The notes beneath the pieces are model-generated. The model was not told where the DNA came from, did not search any database, and saw only the letters and a list, made by a program, of their open reading frames with translations. Shown piece after piece: positions 29,362-39,517 of a stretch of 64,000 nt of DNA (position 1 is its first letter; each line of letters starts with the position of its first letter). The position numbers and the translations under genes were made by a program. The DNA is from Candidatus Omnitrophota bacterium (GTDB taxonomy: Bacteria > Omnitrophota > Gorgyraeia > JABMRG01 > JAFGKX01), in NCBI GenBank assembly GCA_043797125.1, contig JAZDPX010000038.1, forward strand, positions 4,071 through 68,070, in the 5' to 3' direction.

Positions 29362-29777
29362 CTTTTTTTGGAAAAATTTGTGCCGTTAATCAGTTTAATC
29401 ATATCCGCGACAGTAAGATGCGAATTTTTTATAAGGTCTATATCGATTATGAGCTGCTGGTAATCTACGTGCCGCAATTTTTTAACAATCCTGTCAATCT
29501 TTGATCTAAACTTTGACGGAATTTTTCTGATATACGCATCCGCAGACCATGTCTTTATAAAGCCCGCAATTTCATTGCTGGTGTGGCTGGAATCTCTGAT
29601 ATAGCCCAAACAAAACGATAAATCGCTTGGCGCTGCGTCTCTGAGCAGCATAAATATGCGTTCAATGGTCGGATTTGAATTTATAACGTATTCTGTGCAA
29701 ACCCCGGATTGTAAAATTGCGGGATTTGAAGTTGATATTATAGCTACAAGCGAAATTATTGTCAATATTTTTCTCAT
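29358..29777 (-). CDS. Hypothetical exported protein
   Basis: Signal-like N-terminus; 4-bp overlap with downstream gene. Confidence 0.55.
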   Translation of the reverse strand: MRKILTIISLVAIISTSNPAILQSGVCTEYVINSNPTIERIFMLLRDAAPSDLSFCLGYIRDSSHTSNEIAGFIKTWSADAYIRKIPSKFRSKIDRIVKKLRHVDYQQLIIDIDLIKNSHLTVADMIKLINGTNFSKKR

Positions 29778-29926
29778 TTTAATAAATACCCTCTAATTCT
29801 TTTTGCCTAAAAAATAGCTTTTTAAATTACTTTATTTATACATTAAATAAAAAGGTGCAGTTATACACCCTTTTGTTTCTAACTAATTATACACTATGTA
29901 TGTCAAATTTTCAAGGGGGCAAAAAA

Positions 29927-30045
29927 GAATATCGGAGTATCAGATTATCAGAGCGGGAATATCAGATTATCAGAGCGGTGTAACCATATCTGATAATCTG
30001 ATGCTCTGATAATCTCGTTCTGATACTCTGATTATCTGATACTCT
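29927..30045. repeat. Degenerate short-unit repeat (TATCAGA...) with inverted second half
   Basis: TATCAGATTATCAGAGCGG x2 followed by TCTGATAATCTGAT units; overlaps plsY end. Confidence 0.7.
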
Positions 30046-30655
30046 TATCCCCGCCTATCCTGTTCTCTTTACCTTGCATCAATCTATTAATATTCTCCCT
30101 GTGCGTATATGAAATAACAAAAAATAGTATAATGCCAAATAGAATATACTCGAAAGGCTGCCTAAACAAAAGCATTAAAATAGGCAGGCTAAATGCCATA
30201 ATAATTGACGACAATGAGACGTATTTAGTTATTTTAAGCGCTATTATGAAAATTAACAGCGCTGCAGCGGTTGGGACAAAAGACAACACAAGACACACGC
30301 CACAGGTTGTTGCAACGCCTTTGCCGCCTTTAAATTTTAAGAATATAGTCCATATATGGCCGGCAATCGCTGACGCTGCGATAAACGCCCTAAAAGCCGG
30401 CAAACTCATTTGCAATTGACAGGAATAAAACAAAATTGGCAGCAAGGCAACGCAAACAGCGCCCTTTACCATGTCCGCACCTAAGACTATGGCGCCTGCC
30501 GTTTTACCCATAACTCTTAACGCGTTCGTTGCTCCTACATTGCCGCTGCCATGCTGGCGTATATCTACGCCTTTGGTCATGCGGCCTAATATATATCCCG
30601 TCGGTATCGAACCGATTAGATATGCCGAAATCACGGCTAATAAAAATTGCAGCAT
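30032..30655 (-). CDS. plsY: Glycerol-3-phosphate acyltransferase PlsY
   Basis: YLIGSIP, GSGNVGATN, FKGGKGVAT, HRENI.RL. Confidence 0.95.
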   Translation of the reverse strand: MLQFLLAVISAYLIGSIPTGYILGRMTKGVDIRQHGSGNVGATNALRVMGKTAGAIVLGADMVKGAVCVALLPILFYSCQLQMSLPAFRAFIAASAIAGHIWTIFLKFKGGKGVATTCGVCLVLSFVPTAAALLIFIIALKITKYVSLSSIIMAFSLPILMLLFRQPFEYILFGIILFFVISYTHRENINRLMQGKENRIGGDKSIR

Positions 30656-30656
30656 G

Positions 30657-31994
30657 TTACTTTTCCTTCAACTCAAATCTTATAGGCACACCGAGCAGCC
30701 CAAAATGAGACCTTATGTTATTCGCTAAAAAATTTAAGTAATGCGGCTTTACCATGTTGTGATTTTTGCAGAATAATGTAAATGTCTGCGGCGAAGTTTG
30801 AGTCTGGGTAGCATAATATATCTTTACTTGATTTACCAAAACTAAAGGATGCCTCTGGCTGGCCTGTATCCGCTGTAATAATTTATTCAACTCCGTTGTT
30901 TTTATCGGCATATCCGATTTTTCCTTAAGAGAGACTGCAATGCTTAAGGCCTGGAATAAATTCCTTCCTGTTAAACAGCTTATAAAAACTATAGGGACCC
31001 ATTCGAGCAACTTAAGTCTTTCCTTAAGCGCTGTCTCGTATTCTTTTTGCGTGACATTGTCCGCAAGATCCCATTTATTGACAACAACGCAGCATGGTTT
31101 TCCGTATTCAATCACGTACTCGATGATTTTAATGTCGTCGTTGCATAAACCTTCAGCCGCACTTAGCATAATTAGGGCGACATCTGCCTTCCTTATCGAA
31201 TTTTTAGAGCGCGCGACGCTGAAAATCTCGATAGGGTCTTTTATCTTCCTAGTATGCTTCATGCCTGCAGTATCGACTAAAATAAAATGCTTTCCGTTGT
31301 ATTCGAAATTTATATCAAAAGAATCTCTGGTCGTGCCTGCTGTATGGTGCACCAAAACAATATCCTGTTTAAATAAGGAATTGATAAAAGACGACTTGCC
31401 AACGTTGGGCCTGCCTACAATAGCTACCGATAAACCTTGCACCGGTTTCGGGTTATCAACAAGGCCCTCTTTCTTTTTTTGCTGCAATGGCTTAATAGCG
31501 TCTTTTAAGAGCTGGGCTATCCCGAAGCCTGTATTTGCAGATACCGCATATGGCTGGCCTATTCCGAGCTGGTAAAAATCCACAGCCCCCTGCTCCAGAT
31601 TAGTATTATCAACTTTATTGACTATAAGGTACACCTTTTTAGATGACTCGCGCAATAGCGTGGTCATGTAATAATCTGCCGGCGTTGCGCCCATCCTGAC
31701 ATCGCAAACAAAGAAAATAATATCTGCCATGTTGATGGTTTGTTTTATCTGCCCAAATACCATCTTGTCAATCTCTTCTTTGGGTTGCGTCTTAATACCG
31801 CCTGTATCAATTAATTTTATACTCACGCCTTTAATGACAATTTGAGCGCTTGACCTGTTTCTTGTAACGCCTGCTTTTGATTCGACAATGGCTTTCCTTT
31901 TCCCGATTATCCGGTTAAAAAGCGATGATTTGCCAACGTTCGGCGAGCCTACTATAGCTATTGTTGGGGTGGATTGATTATTGTTGGGATTCAT
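30657..31994 (-). CDS. der: Ribosome biogenesis GTPase Der (EngA)
   Basis: Two G-domains (GSPNVGKS, GRPNVGKS) + KH-like C-terminus. Confidence 0.95.
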   Translation of the reverse strand: MNPNNNQSTPTIAIVGSPNVGKSSLFNRIIGKRKAIVESKAGVTRNRSSAQIVIKGVSIKLIDTGGIKTQPKEEIDKMVFGQIKQTINMADIIFFVCDVRMGATPADYYMTTLLRESSKKVYLIVNKVDNTNLEQGAVDFYQLGIGQPYAVSANTGFGIAQLLKDAIKPLQQKKKEGLVDNPKPVQGLSVAIVGRPNVGKSSFINSLFKQDIVLVHHTAGTTRDSFDINFEYNGKHFILVDTAGMKHTRKIKDPIEIFSVARSKNSIRKADVALIMLSAAEGLCNDDIKIIEYVIEYGKPCCVVVNKWDLADNVTQKEYETALKERLKLLEWVPIVFISCLTGRNLFQALSIAVSLKEKSDMPIKTTELNKLLQRIQASQRHPLVLVNQVKIYYATQTQTSPQTFTLFCKNHNMVKPHYLNFLANNIRSHFGLLGVPIRFELKEK

Positions 31995-32532
31995 TTAGAA
32001 TTCTATTTGCCCTGATTAAATAGCCTATTCCTGAAAGGGCGGTAAAAAAAGCTGCAGCTATCCATAAACAATATGAATATTTAAACTGTAAAAGCACTGC
32101 TATAACTGTAAGCATCTGCAGGGCGGTAGTGAGCTTGCCGAGTGTACTAGGGCTTATATCAAGTTTTCCTGTAATCATGTGTATAATAACGGAGCCTAAA
32201 ATTATAAAGATATCCCTGCTTATAACAATAATGATGACCCATGGCGGGATTTTAAACTCCTGCGGAAGGGCAGCTATTATAGATAAAGATACGAAGCCGC
32301 TTAATATAAGCAGCTTATCCGCTATCGGGTCAAGGAACGTGCCTAATCTTGTCTTTTGATAATATTTACGCGCAATATAGCCGTCAACAGCGTCTGTCAA
32401 AGTTGATATGGCAAATATTACAAGCGCGATAAAACGCAAAAAATCTGTCTCTGGGCTGTAATAGATCAAACAGGTTACAAAAAAAGGTATTAATAATATC
32501 CGGACAATCGTAATTTTGTTTGCCAGGCTCAT
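31978..32532 (-). CDS. CDP-alcohol phosphatidyltransferase (PgsA-like paralog)
   Basis: ANKIT..R, DAVDGYIAR...G.FLDPIADK. Confidence 0.85.
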   Translation of the reverse strand: MSLANKITIVRILLIPFFVTCLIYYSPETDFLRFIALVIFAISTLTDAVDGYIARKYYQKTRLGTFLDPIADKLLILSGFVSLSIIAALPQEFKIPPWVIIIVISRDIFIILGSVIIHMITGKLDISPSTLGKLTTALQMLTVIAVLLQFKYSYCLWIAAAFFTALSGIGYLIRANRILNESQQ

Positions 32533-32533
32533 A

Positions 32534-33103
32534 TTATTCCACTTTACGCAGGCGCGTCAGCGGCCAGTATATTACCATCGCCTGCCCAAGTATCTCCTTT
32601 CTGGTTACGAAACCCCAGTACCTTGAATCTCTCGACGAGCCGCTGTTATCTCCGAGAACGAAGAAGTTGTCCTTCGGAACCTTGATGGTTTCTCTTTCCC
32701 TACCATAGGGGCCCTGGTTATAATAGTAAATTTTTCTAACCTGCTCGGGCTCCTGCGCTAATTCGCCGTTAATCCAGATATTGCCGTCCTTAATTTCGAG
32801 CGTCTCTTCAGGCACTGCAACAACGCGCTTTATAAAATCCTTCTTGCGGTCTTCCGGGTACCTGAAGACAATTACATCTCCGCGTTTAGGCTCCTTGAAT
32901 CTATATATGAACTTGTTCACCAGTATCCTGTCGCCTTCTATAAGGGTGGGGCGCATCGAGCCCGTCGGGATCTTAAACGCCTGGACCACAAAAGTCCTTA
33001 TTATCATTGCCAGTATAAAGGCGATGATGATGGCCTCGGCGTATTCTCTTATAACCGCTTTGTGTTCTTCAAAAAAATGTTTTAATAATTGTATTATCTT
33101 CAT
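32534..33103 (-). CDS. lepB: Signal peptidase I
   Basis: IPTGSMRPTL, DFIKRV, GDNSGSSRDSRYWG; start at ATG 33103 (ATGA overlap with lepA). Confidence 0.95.
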   Translation of the reverse strand: MKIIQLLKHFFEEHKAVIREYAEAIIIAFILAMIIRTFVVQAFKIPTGSMRPTLIEGDRILVNKFIYRFKEPKRGDVIVFRYPEDRKKDFIKRVVAVPEETLEIKDGNIWINGELAQEPEQVRKIYYYNQGPYGRERETIKVPKDNFFVLGDNSGSSRDSRYWGFVTRKEILGQAMVIYWPLTRLRKVE

Positions 33104-34893
33104 ATCTTTAGCACCGTTATAAATGCCTCTTGTGGTATCTCGACCCTTCCGAAACGCTTCATCTTCTTTTTTCCTTCCTTTTGTTTTTCCCAAAGCTTTC
33201 TTTTTCTCGTAATATCTCCGCCGTAGCATTTTCCTGTTACGTGCTTCTTAAACGGCTTTATTGAGCTTCGCGCGATAATCTTGCTGCCGATAGCTGCCTG
33301 CACCACGACCTCGAACATCTGTCGCGGTATAATCTCCCTGAATTTATCTACCAGAAGCCTGCCCCTTATCTGCGCCTTGTCAGCGTGTATAACCGAAGAT
33401 AATGCCTCGCATATCTGGCCGTTTAGAAGTATATCTAATTTTACCAGCTCGCCTGGCCTGTAATCAGTAAACTCGTAATCCAGCGAACCGTAGCCTCTTG
33501 TCATTGATTTTATCTTGTCGTAAAAATCCACTATAATCTCGGATAACGGAAAATCGTACATAAGCCTCGCCCTGTCAATTGTTATGTATTCGGTGCTTAT
33601 GTAAATACCTCTTCTTTGTATGCAGAATTCCATAATCGTGCCCAAACTGTCCGACGGTACAAAAAGATTAGCGCGAACATAAGGTTCGGCAATCGCTTCG
33701 ATTGTATGCGCCTCCGGAAACTTCGTCGGGTTGTCTATAAGCTTAACCTCTTCGTTTGATAGGGTAAGCTGATAAACTACGCTGGGGCTGGCTATGATGA
33801 GGTTTAAATCAAATTCTCTTTCCAGCCTTTCCTGTATTATCTGCATATGCAGCAGGCCTAAAAACCCGCACCTGAAACCAAAGCCTATAGAGCCGGTGCT
33901 TTCAGGTTCAAAAACAAAAGATGCGTCTGATAAATGCAATTTTTCTACGGCATCACGCAGCAGCGGAAAATCTTTGTTATTGACCGGGTAAATTCCGCAG
34001 TAGACCATTGGGGCTGCCTTTTTATATCCCGGCAAAGCTTCTTGCGCAGAATCAACCAGAGTCGTAACCGTGTCTCCGATCATTATATCCTTTGCCTGCC
34101 TTATATTTGCCGTAAGATAACCAACCTCGCCGCTGCTTAAAGAATCTATTTTCATCATCTGCGGTTTAAAAACTCCGACCTCAAGCACCTCAAAACTTTT
34201 ATCAATTTGCATTAGCTTGATATTCATTCCTGTAGTTATCCTGCCGTTGACAAGCCTTACATAAACTATAACGCCCTTATATTGGTCATATTGGGAATCA
34301 AATACCAGCGCCTGCAATGGTCTGTTTGGGTCCCCGTGCGGAGGCGGTATTCTGGTTATAATTGCTTCCATAATATCAACGCAGCCTGTCCCGTTCTTTG
34401 CGCTGGCTAATAAAATTTCGCTTTCATCAATACCTAGAATATCTTTTATCTGTTTTTTGGTTTGCTCTATCTGCGCATTCGGCAGGTCAATCTTATTTAC
34501 CACTGGAATTATGGTCAGGTTATGCTCTATCGCCATATACAGATTCGCCACCGTCTGGGCTTCGACGCCCTGGGCAGCGTCAACAAGTAAAAGCGCTCCT
34601 TCGCACGCGCCTATTGATTTTGAAACCTCATAGGTAAAATCAACATGCCCCGGGGTATCTATCAGGTTAAGCATGTATTCGCTATTGTCTTTAGCCTTAT
34701 AAATTAATTTAACTGCCGATGCCTTGATTGTTATGCCGTGCTCTCTTTCCAAATCCATGTCATCCAAAATCTGGTTTCTGAAGTCGCGCTTGGCGACTGT
34801 GCCTGTTGTCTGGATCATCCTATCGGCCAAAGTGGATTTACCATGGTCAATATGCGCTATTATGCAAAAGTTTCTTATATGCGTTAGTTCCAT
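33100..34893 (-). CDS. lepA: Translation elongation factor 4
   Basis: IAHIDHGKSTLADR, GFRCGFLGLLH, KCYGGDITRKRKL. Confidence 0.98.
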   Translation of the reverse strand: MELTHIRNFCIIAHIDHGKSTLADRMIQTTGTVAKRDFRNQILDDMDLEREHGITIKASAVKLIYKAKDNSEYMLNLIDTPGHVDFTYEVSKSIGACEGALLLVDAAQGVEAQTVANLYMAIEHNLTIIPVVNKIDLPNAQIEQTKKQIKDILGIDESEILLASAKNGTGCVDIMEAIITRIPPPHGDPNRPLQALVFDSQYDQYKGVIVYVRLVNGRITTGMNIKLMQIDKSFEVLEVGVFKPQMMKIDSLSSGEVGYLTANIRQAKDIMIGDTVTTLVDSAQEALPGYKKAAPMVYCGIYPVNNKDFPLLRDAVEKLHLSDASFVFEPESTGSIGFGFRCGFLGLLHMQIIQERLEREFDLNLIIASPSVVYQLTLSNEEVKLIDNPTKFPEAHTIEAIAEPYVRANLFVPSDSLGTIMEFCIQRRGIYISTEYITIDRARLMYDFPLSEIIVDFYDKIKSMTRGYGSLDYEFTDYRPGELVKLDILLNGQICEALSSVIHADKAQIRGRLLVDKFREIIPRQMFEVVVQAAIGSKIIARSSIKPFKKHVTGKCYGGDITRKRKLWEKQKEGKKKMKRFGRVEIPQEAFITVLKI

Positions 34894-36311
34894 TTAATCG
34901 CCAATCTTTTTCCGGCATTTAAAAGGTTTTTTAAGTCGCTGCGCTTTGGGGTCTCCGCGTATATCCTGATCACGGGCTCTGTTCCGGAAGGCCTTATCAA
35001 AAGCCAGCTTTCGTCTTTCAAGATGTATTTTATTCCGTCGTAAGTCTTTATTTTCAGAATATCTTTTCCAAATATTTTTCCCGGAGCGGATTTCTTAAGA
35101 GCGCTTATTAGCTCATCACCGTTTTTAACCGGAATATGCAGATCAAGCCTGTCATAATAAAATACGCCGTATTTTTTATTTACATCTTTCATTATTTTGT
35201 CGATAGACTTATTTCTCGCTGCCACCATTTTCAGCAGAAACAAGCCGGAAACAATGCCGTCCCTTTCCGGTATGTAGCCTTTAAAGCCTATGCCGCCTGA
35301 TTCTTCTCCGCCGATTAAAACATCTTCCGTAAGCATAACCTTGGATATATGCTTAAAGCCTATGCGCATTTCCAGAAGCTTCAATTTATAATCATCTGCG
35401 ATTTTATTAATCAAATTAGTGCCGGAAATGGTCTTTACAACCGTGCCCCTGAGATTGCTGTGTTCGAGCAAATGCAAAAGTATGAGTGAAATTATCTGCC
35501 CGCTGCTTAAATAAACGCCGTCTGCGCCGCAGGCGGCTATTCTGTCAGCGTCGCCGTCAAGGGCAATGCCGAGTTTAGGTTTTAATTTTTTAGCGGTTTT
35601 CAGGAAAACTTGCAGGTTTCTCGGAACAGGCTCGGGGCTTACGCCTCCGAAAAGAGGATTCAACTCATCTCTTATGGCCCGCACGCTGCAGCCTGTTTCG
35701 CTTAAAATCTTCTCGACATAGCCAGCTCCTGCGCCGTGCATATAATCAACTAATAAATCCGGCTTCTGCCTGCTAATTAAATCCAATTTTATATATTTTT
35801 TTACAAAATCCACATAAGCATTATCTACGTTTTCTATTTCGATCAGGTTGCTGTCTTTTGCGGTGTTGAAATCCAACAACTTAGGTTCGCTTTTACCTAT
35901 TAGTTCTTCTAATTGTTTAGTGATTTGCTCGTCCGCAGGCATTGCATCTTTAGTCTTAAACTTTATGCCGTTAAACTTAGCGGGGTTATGGCTCGCTGTT
36001 ACAACAATGCCGCCAGAAAGCCCTCTTTGTTTAATAGCCAAAGTTATAGCAGGGGTTGGTGTTGGCTTGCCTGCAAAAAGCGTTTTTAAACCGTTGCCTG
36101 CCAAAACCTCGCATATTGCCTTTGCATACTCTTCTGACAGAAATCTCCTGTCATAGCCAACGATGACAGCTGCGGGCTGCCTGCCTGCCGGCAGGCAGGT
36201 GGGCTTTAAATATTCAGCAATTGCTTGAGCGACTTTACGCACATTCGCAAATGTAAAGTCCTCGGCAATCACGCCGCGCCAGCCGTCTGTACCGAATTTA
36301 ATCGTATGCAT
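34884..36311 (-). CDS. Phosphoglucomutase/phosphomannomutase family protein
   Basis: FGTDGWRG, TASHNP, DGDADR, GEESGG, RPSGTEP. Confidence 0.95.
   Translation of the reverse strand: MHTIKFGTDGWRGVIAEDFTFANVRKVAQAIAEYLKPTCLPAGRQPAAVIVGYDRRFLSEEYAKAICEVLAGNGLKTLFAGKPTPTPAITLAIKQRGLSGGIVVTASHNPAKFNGIKFKTKDAMPADEQITKQLEELIGKSEPKLLDFNTAKDSNLIEIENVDNAYVDFVKKYIKLDLISRQKPDLLVDYMHGAGAGYVEKILSETGCSVRAIRDELNPLFGGVSPEPVPRNLQVFLKTAKKLKPKLGIALDGDADRIAACGADGVYLSSGQIISLILLHLLEHSNLRGTVVKTISGTNLINKIADDYKLKLLEMRIGFKHISKVMLTEDVLIGGEESGGIGFKGYIPERDGIVSGLFLLKMVAARNKSIDKIMKDVNKKYGVFYYDRLDLHIPVKNGDELISALKKSAPGKIFGKDILKIKTYDGIKYILKDESWLLIRPSGTEPVIRIYAETPKRSDLKNLLNAGKRLAIKWN
36180..36199. repeat. 20-bp palindrome CCTGCCTGCCGGCAGGCAGG inside PGM/PMM coding sequence
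   Basis: Perfect palindrome encoding CLPAGR. Confidence 0.75.
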
Positions 36312-36532
36312 TATCCTCTCTTATTGCCTCTTGTGCCGCGGCCCGGCTTTCCTTCAATGCCGTGAATCATTTTTCCTTCCATCAATGCCCTGCCGCTAAA
36401 ACCTGTTCTTTTTATCTTATCCTTGTAAAATTGCTGGGCCTTTTTCTTTTCGCGGTTTCCCTCTTCAATTTCCTCATTCACCCAAAATTTATGCTCCTGC
36501 TTCTTTTTATCATCTTCCATAATGTCCTCCAA
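36311..36532 (-). CDS. Small charged hypothetical protein
   Basis: 73 aa; stop overlaps PGM start; likely start at the ATG after GGAGG. Confidence 0.55.
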   Translation of the reverse strand: MEDIMEDDKKKQEHKFWVNEEIEEGNREKKKAQQFYKDKIKRTGFSGRALMEGKMIHGIEGKPGRGTRGNKRG

Positions 36533-36554
36533 AGTTTGTTTAGTGTTAAAGTCT

Positions 36555-36649
36555 GTAATAGTTCAACTCTGGGAAGTGCTCCCAACGTAGCGCAGGCTTA
36601 AGCCTGCGCTACGTCCGAGTCGAGATACTTACAATGACTGAACTGTTAC
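36555..36649. mobile_element. ~95-bp MITE/REP element with central palindrome (copy 3, full length)
   Basis: GTAATAGTTCA...TGAACTGTTAC ends; central ACGTAGCGCAGGCTTAAGCCTGCGCTACGT at 36585-36614. Confidence 0.75.
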
Positions 36650-37917
36650 TAAAACTTAAACTTTTTTTGCAATTTGTCCCTTTCCGCCTGAGCCTGAGGG
36701 CCTATAACCGCTAAATTCAGTGAATCGTTCACAAAGAGCTTATTAGCAACCTTTTTTATCGCGTCAAAATCTACTTTTTTCATATCCTCTATAATTTCAT
36801 CCTTTGTTGTAATCTTTCCTATGCTTGCCGCCTGTTCGCCCAAAAACAGCATATTAGACATCGTATCCTCAAGGCCCATCAATAAATGGCCTTTATAGTA
36901 TTCTTTTGCCCTGACTAGTTCCTGCTCCCTTACATTAGCCTCTTTCATCTTGATCAATTCCGCAATGATTACGGAAACAGCGTCGGAAACCTTATGGTTA
37001 TCTACGCCAGCGTGTATGTATATAGAGCCTGTATCAATATACTGCTTTATGCCTGAACCGATCTCATAGGCAAGGCATCTTTTTTCTCTTACCTCGTTAA
37101 ATAAGCGGCTCGACATATTGCCGCCTAATATCACGTTTAATATGCGCTGGGCATACCTGCCAGGGTGCAGTCTGTTTAAACCATGAACACCGAGGCATAT
37201 ATGAGACTGCTCGGTGTCCTTGTTAAAACAATTAATTTTAGGCGCATGCTGAACCTTTGCTGCCTTTTTATAATCTGTTGCCTGCGCTTTTTTAGTTTTT
37301 GCAAAATATTCCTGGAGCATGTTAACTATCATCTCATGTTCTATGTCGCCGCAAACCGCGACAATAACATTGGATGGCGCGTGATATTTCTCTTTGTAAG
37401 CTGCTAAGTCATGCCTTTTTATAGAGCCAACCGTATCAAACGTGCCTAACAAAGACCTTCCCAACGGGTGATTTGGCCAAAGCAGCTCATCTAATAATTC
37501 GTGCACATACTGATTAGGTAAATCGAGATACATCCTTATTTCTTCTACAATAACATTTCTTTCCTTATTGATTTCCTTTTCATCCAATAACGGGTTTAAA
37601 ACCATATCCGCAAGTACATCAACCGCAACCTTAAAATATTTCGAAATTATTTTTATATAATAACACGTGTTTTCCTCTGCGGTAAACGCGTTAAATATCC
37701 CGCCTACGCCCTCTACTGCCTCTTTTAGCTGTTTATAATTTCTTTTTTTAGTGCCTTTAAATAAAAGGTGCTCTAAAAAATGTGATATGCCCTGTTTTTC
37801 CTTCGGCTCATACCTGCCGCCTGCCTTTACCCAGAATCCGACTGACAGAGAATGCATGTTAGGCATTCTCTCCGTTATAATAGTAAGTCCGTTATCTAAT
37901 TTTGTGATTTTATGCAT
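36649..37917 (-). CDS. M16 family (pitrilysin) metallopeptidase
   Basis: HFLEHLLFKGT (HxxEH), NAFT, SSRLFNEVREKR; start at ATG 37917. Confidence 0.92.
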   Translation of the reverse strand: MHKITKLDNGLTIITERMPNMHSLSVGFWVKAGGRYEPKEKQGISHFLEHLLFKGTKKRNYKQLKEAVEGVGGIFNAFTAEENTCYYIKIISKYFKVAVDVLADMVLNPLLDEKEINKERNVIVEEIRMYLDLPNQYVHELLDELLWPNHPLGRSLLGTFDTVGSIKRHDLAAYKEKYHAPSNVIVAVCGDIEHEMIVNMLQEYFAKTKKAQATDYKKAAKVQHAPKINCFNKDTEQSHICLGVHGLNRLHPGRYAQRILNVILGGNMSSRLFNEVREKRCLAYEIGSGIKQYIDTGSIYIHAGVDNHKVSDAVSVIIAELIKMKEANVREQELVRAKEYYKGHLLMGLEDTMSNMLFLGEQAASIGKITTKDEIIEDMKKVDFDAIKKVANKLFVNDSLNLAVIGPQAQAERDKLQKKFKF

Positions 37918-38335
37918 TTCTTTCGCTCTCCAGGTAGTCCTGTAAAATAATTTGGGCTGCCAGCTTATCAATAATTGACTTTCTTTTCTTTCTGCTTATA
38001 TCAGCGGCTATCAAAATCCTCTCGCTTTGCGCCGTGCTTAGCCTTTCATCAAAGGTCACAATATTAATTTTAATATGTTTGCGCAATTCTTCTACAAATT
38101 TGCAGACTATATCAGTCTGGATACTGTTTCTCCCCTTTAGGGTTAAAGGCATTCCAACCACAATCTTGCCCACGTTATATCGCGTAATAAAATCTTTTAT
38201 GTTTTCCAAGTCTTTTTTGATGTTTTTTCGTTCAATAACATCTAAAGCGCTTGATATAGTTTTAGTTTCATCTGTCATTGCCACGCCTATTCTTTTTTCG
38301 CCCACATCAAGGGACATTATACGCTGGTGGTTCAT
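37910..38335 (-). CDS. ruvX: Pre-16S rRNA nuclease YqgF / RuvX
   Basis: LDVGEKRIGVA, VVGMP, DERLST, IDKLAAQIILQ. Confidence 0.92.
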   Translation of the reverse strand: MNHQRIMSLDVGEKRIGVAMTDETKTISSALDVIERKNIKKDLENIKDFITRYNVGKIVVGMPLTLKGRNSIQTDIVCKFVEELRKHIKINIVTFDERLSTAQSERILIAADISRKKRKSIIDKLAAQIILQDYLESERNA

Positions 38336-39432
38336 AAAAACCCTTTCATTTTATTTCTTTCAATTTTTTCGACTAATTTCTTAACATATTCCGGATTTTT
38401 GCTTGTGCACACCAACGTAGCGTCTTTTGTGTGAACAATTATTAAATCCTTTACTCCGGCAACTGCTACAAGATGGCCCTTTTTGCTGAAAATTATGGAG
38501 CGCTGCGCGTCAACTAGCGCGCAAGGCCCTATAATAACGTTGCCTGATTTGTCGGTTTTAAGAATATCGAACAAATACTGCCATGAACCTACGTCATTCC
38601 ATTTTACAGATGATTTTACAATATAGACATCTCTGGATTTCTCCATTATTCCGTAATCAATAGACAAATCTGAAAAACCTTTGTATTGCCGGTTTAATGT
38701 TCTTGCAAACTCAGCCGTACCAATAGAAGCAGCTATGAGTTTTAACCCCATTGCAAGCTTTGGCATGTATAATTCTATCTCATCAAGAATCTTGGATGCC
38801 TTCATCACAAAAATACCGCTATTCCATAGATAATCCTTACTTTTGATAAGCGACTTTGCCTTTTGCTTGTTTGGCTTTTCCACGAAGCTGTCTACTGTGA
38901 AAACATCAGTGCCGGCTTTTTTGCCGGACTTTATATAACCAAAACTGCTTGATGCAAAGGCGGGCCTTATCCCTATGGTAACAATGGCATCTTTTTCTGT
39001 TGCTGTTTGCGCCGCTTTAAGAAGAGCCTTCTTAAGGGCTAACTTGCTTTGTGCGTTCTCTATGAGCTGGTCAGCCGGTAAAACCAGCATAACAGCGTCA
39101 GGATCCATCTTATTTATTAAAGTAGCCGCGAGGCCGATAGCAGCTGCGCTATTTTTGCTTACAGGCTCTGAAATTATATTCTTTCCCGGTATTTGAGGCA
39201 GTTGTCTTTTGACGCCTGCGGCCTGGGCCCTGTTGGTAATAACAAGGATATTTTTAGCGCTCATAATTTCGCGCAGCCTGTCATGCGCCTGCTGCAGAAG
39301 TGTTTTAGTCTGTCCCGGCAGTTTAAGAAAATACTTAGGGTTCTTCAGCCTGCTTACAGGCCAAAACCTCTTGCCCCTTCCTCCGGCGATTATAACACCA
39401 AACAGATTTGCGTCTTGCATTTTATACCTCAT
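38332..39432 (-). CDS. manC: Mannose-1-phosphate guanylyltransferase
   Basis: AGGRGKRFWPVSR..PK, FVEKP, WNSG, SIDYGIMEK, WNDVGSW. Confidence 0.9.
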   Translation of the reverse strand: MRYKMQDANLFGVIIAGGRGKRFWPVSRLKNPKYFLKLPGQTKTLLQQAHDRLREIMSAKNILVITNRAQAAGVKRQLPQIPGKNIISEPVSKNSAAAIGLAATLINKMDPDAVMLVLPADQLIENAQSKLALKKALLKAAQTATEKDAIVTIGIRPAFASSSFGYIKSGKKAGTDVFTVDSFVEKPNKQKAKSLIKSKDYLWNSGIFVMKASKILDEIELYMPKLAMGLKLIAASIGTAEFARTLNRQYKGFSDLSIDYGIMEKSRDVYIVKSSVKWNDVGSWQYLFDILKTDKSGNVIIGPCALVDAQRSIIFSKKGHLVAVAGVKDLIIVHTKDATLVCTSKNPEYVKKLVEKIERNKMKGFL

Positions 39433-39439
39433 TTATAGC

Positions 39440-39517
39440 TTACCAATTACCAATTTCCAATTGGTCATTGGTAATTGGAAATTAATTTGACATTGGTCAT
39501 TGGTAATTGGAAATTAA
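39440..39517. repeat. Heptamer-based direct/inverted repeat at trpA end
   Basis: ACCAATT units then ATTGGTCATTGGTAATTGGAAATTAA x2. Confidence 0.7.

Noticed and set aside
29927-30045. Possible CRISPR array in the short repeat tracts (also 39440-39517, 54904-55000)
   Set aside because: Units are 7-26 nt and degenerate, with no unique ~30-nt spacers; no cas genes in the window.
30940-31575. Long antisense ORFs (this 211-aa one and many others opposite housekeeping genes)
   Set aside because: Shadow ORFs in register with well-supported minus-strand genes.
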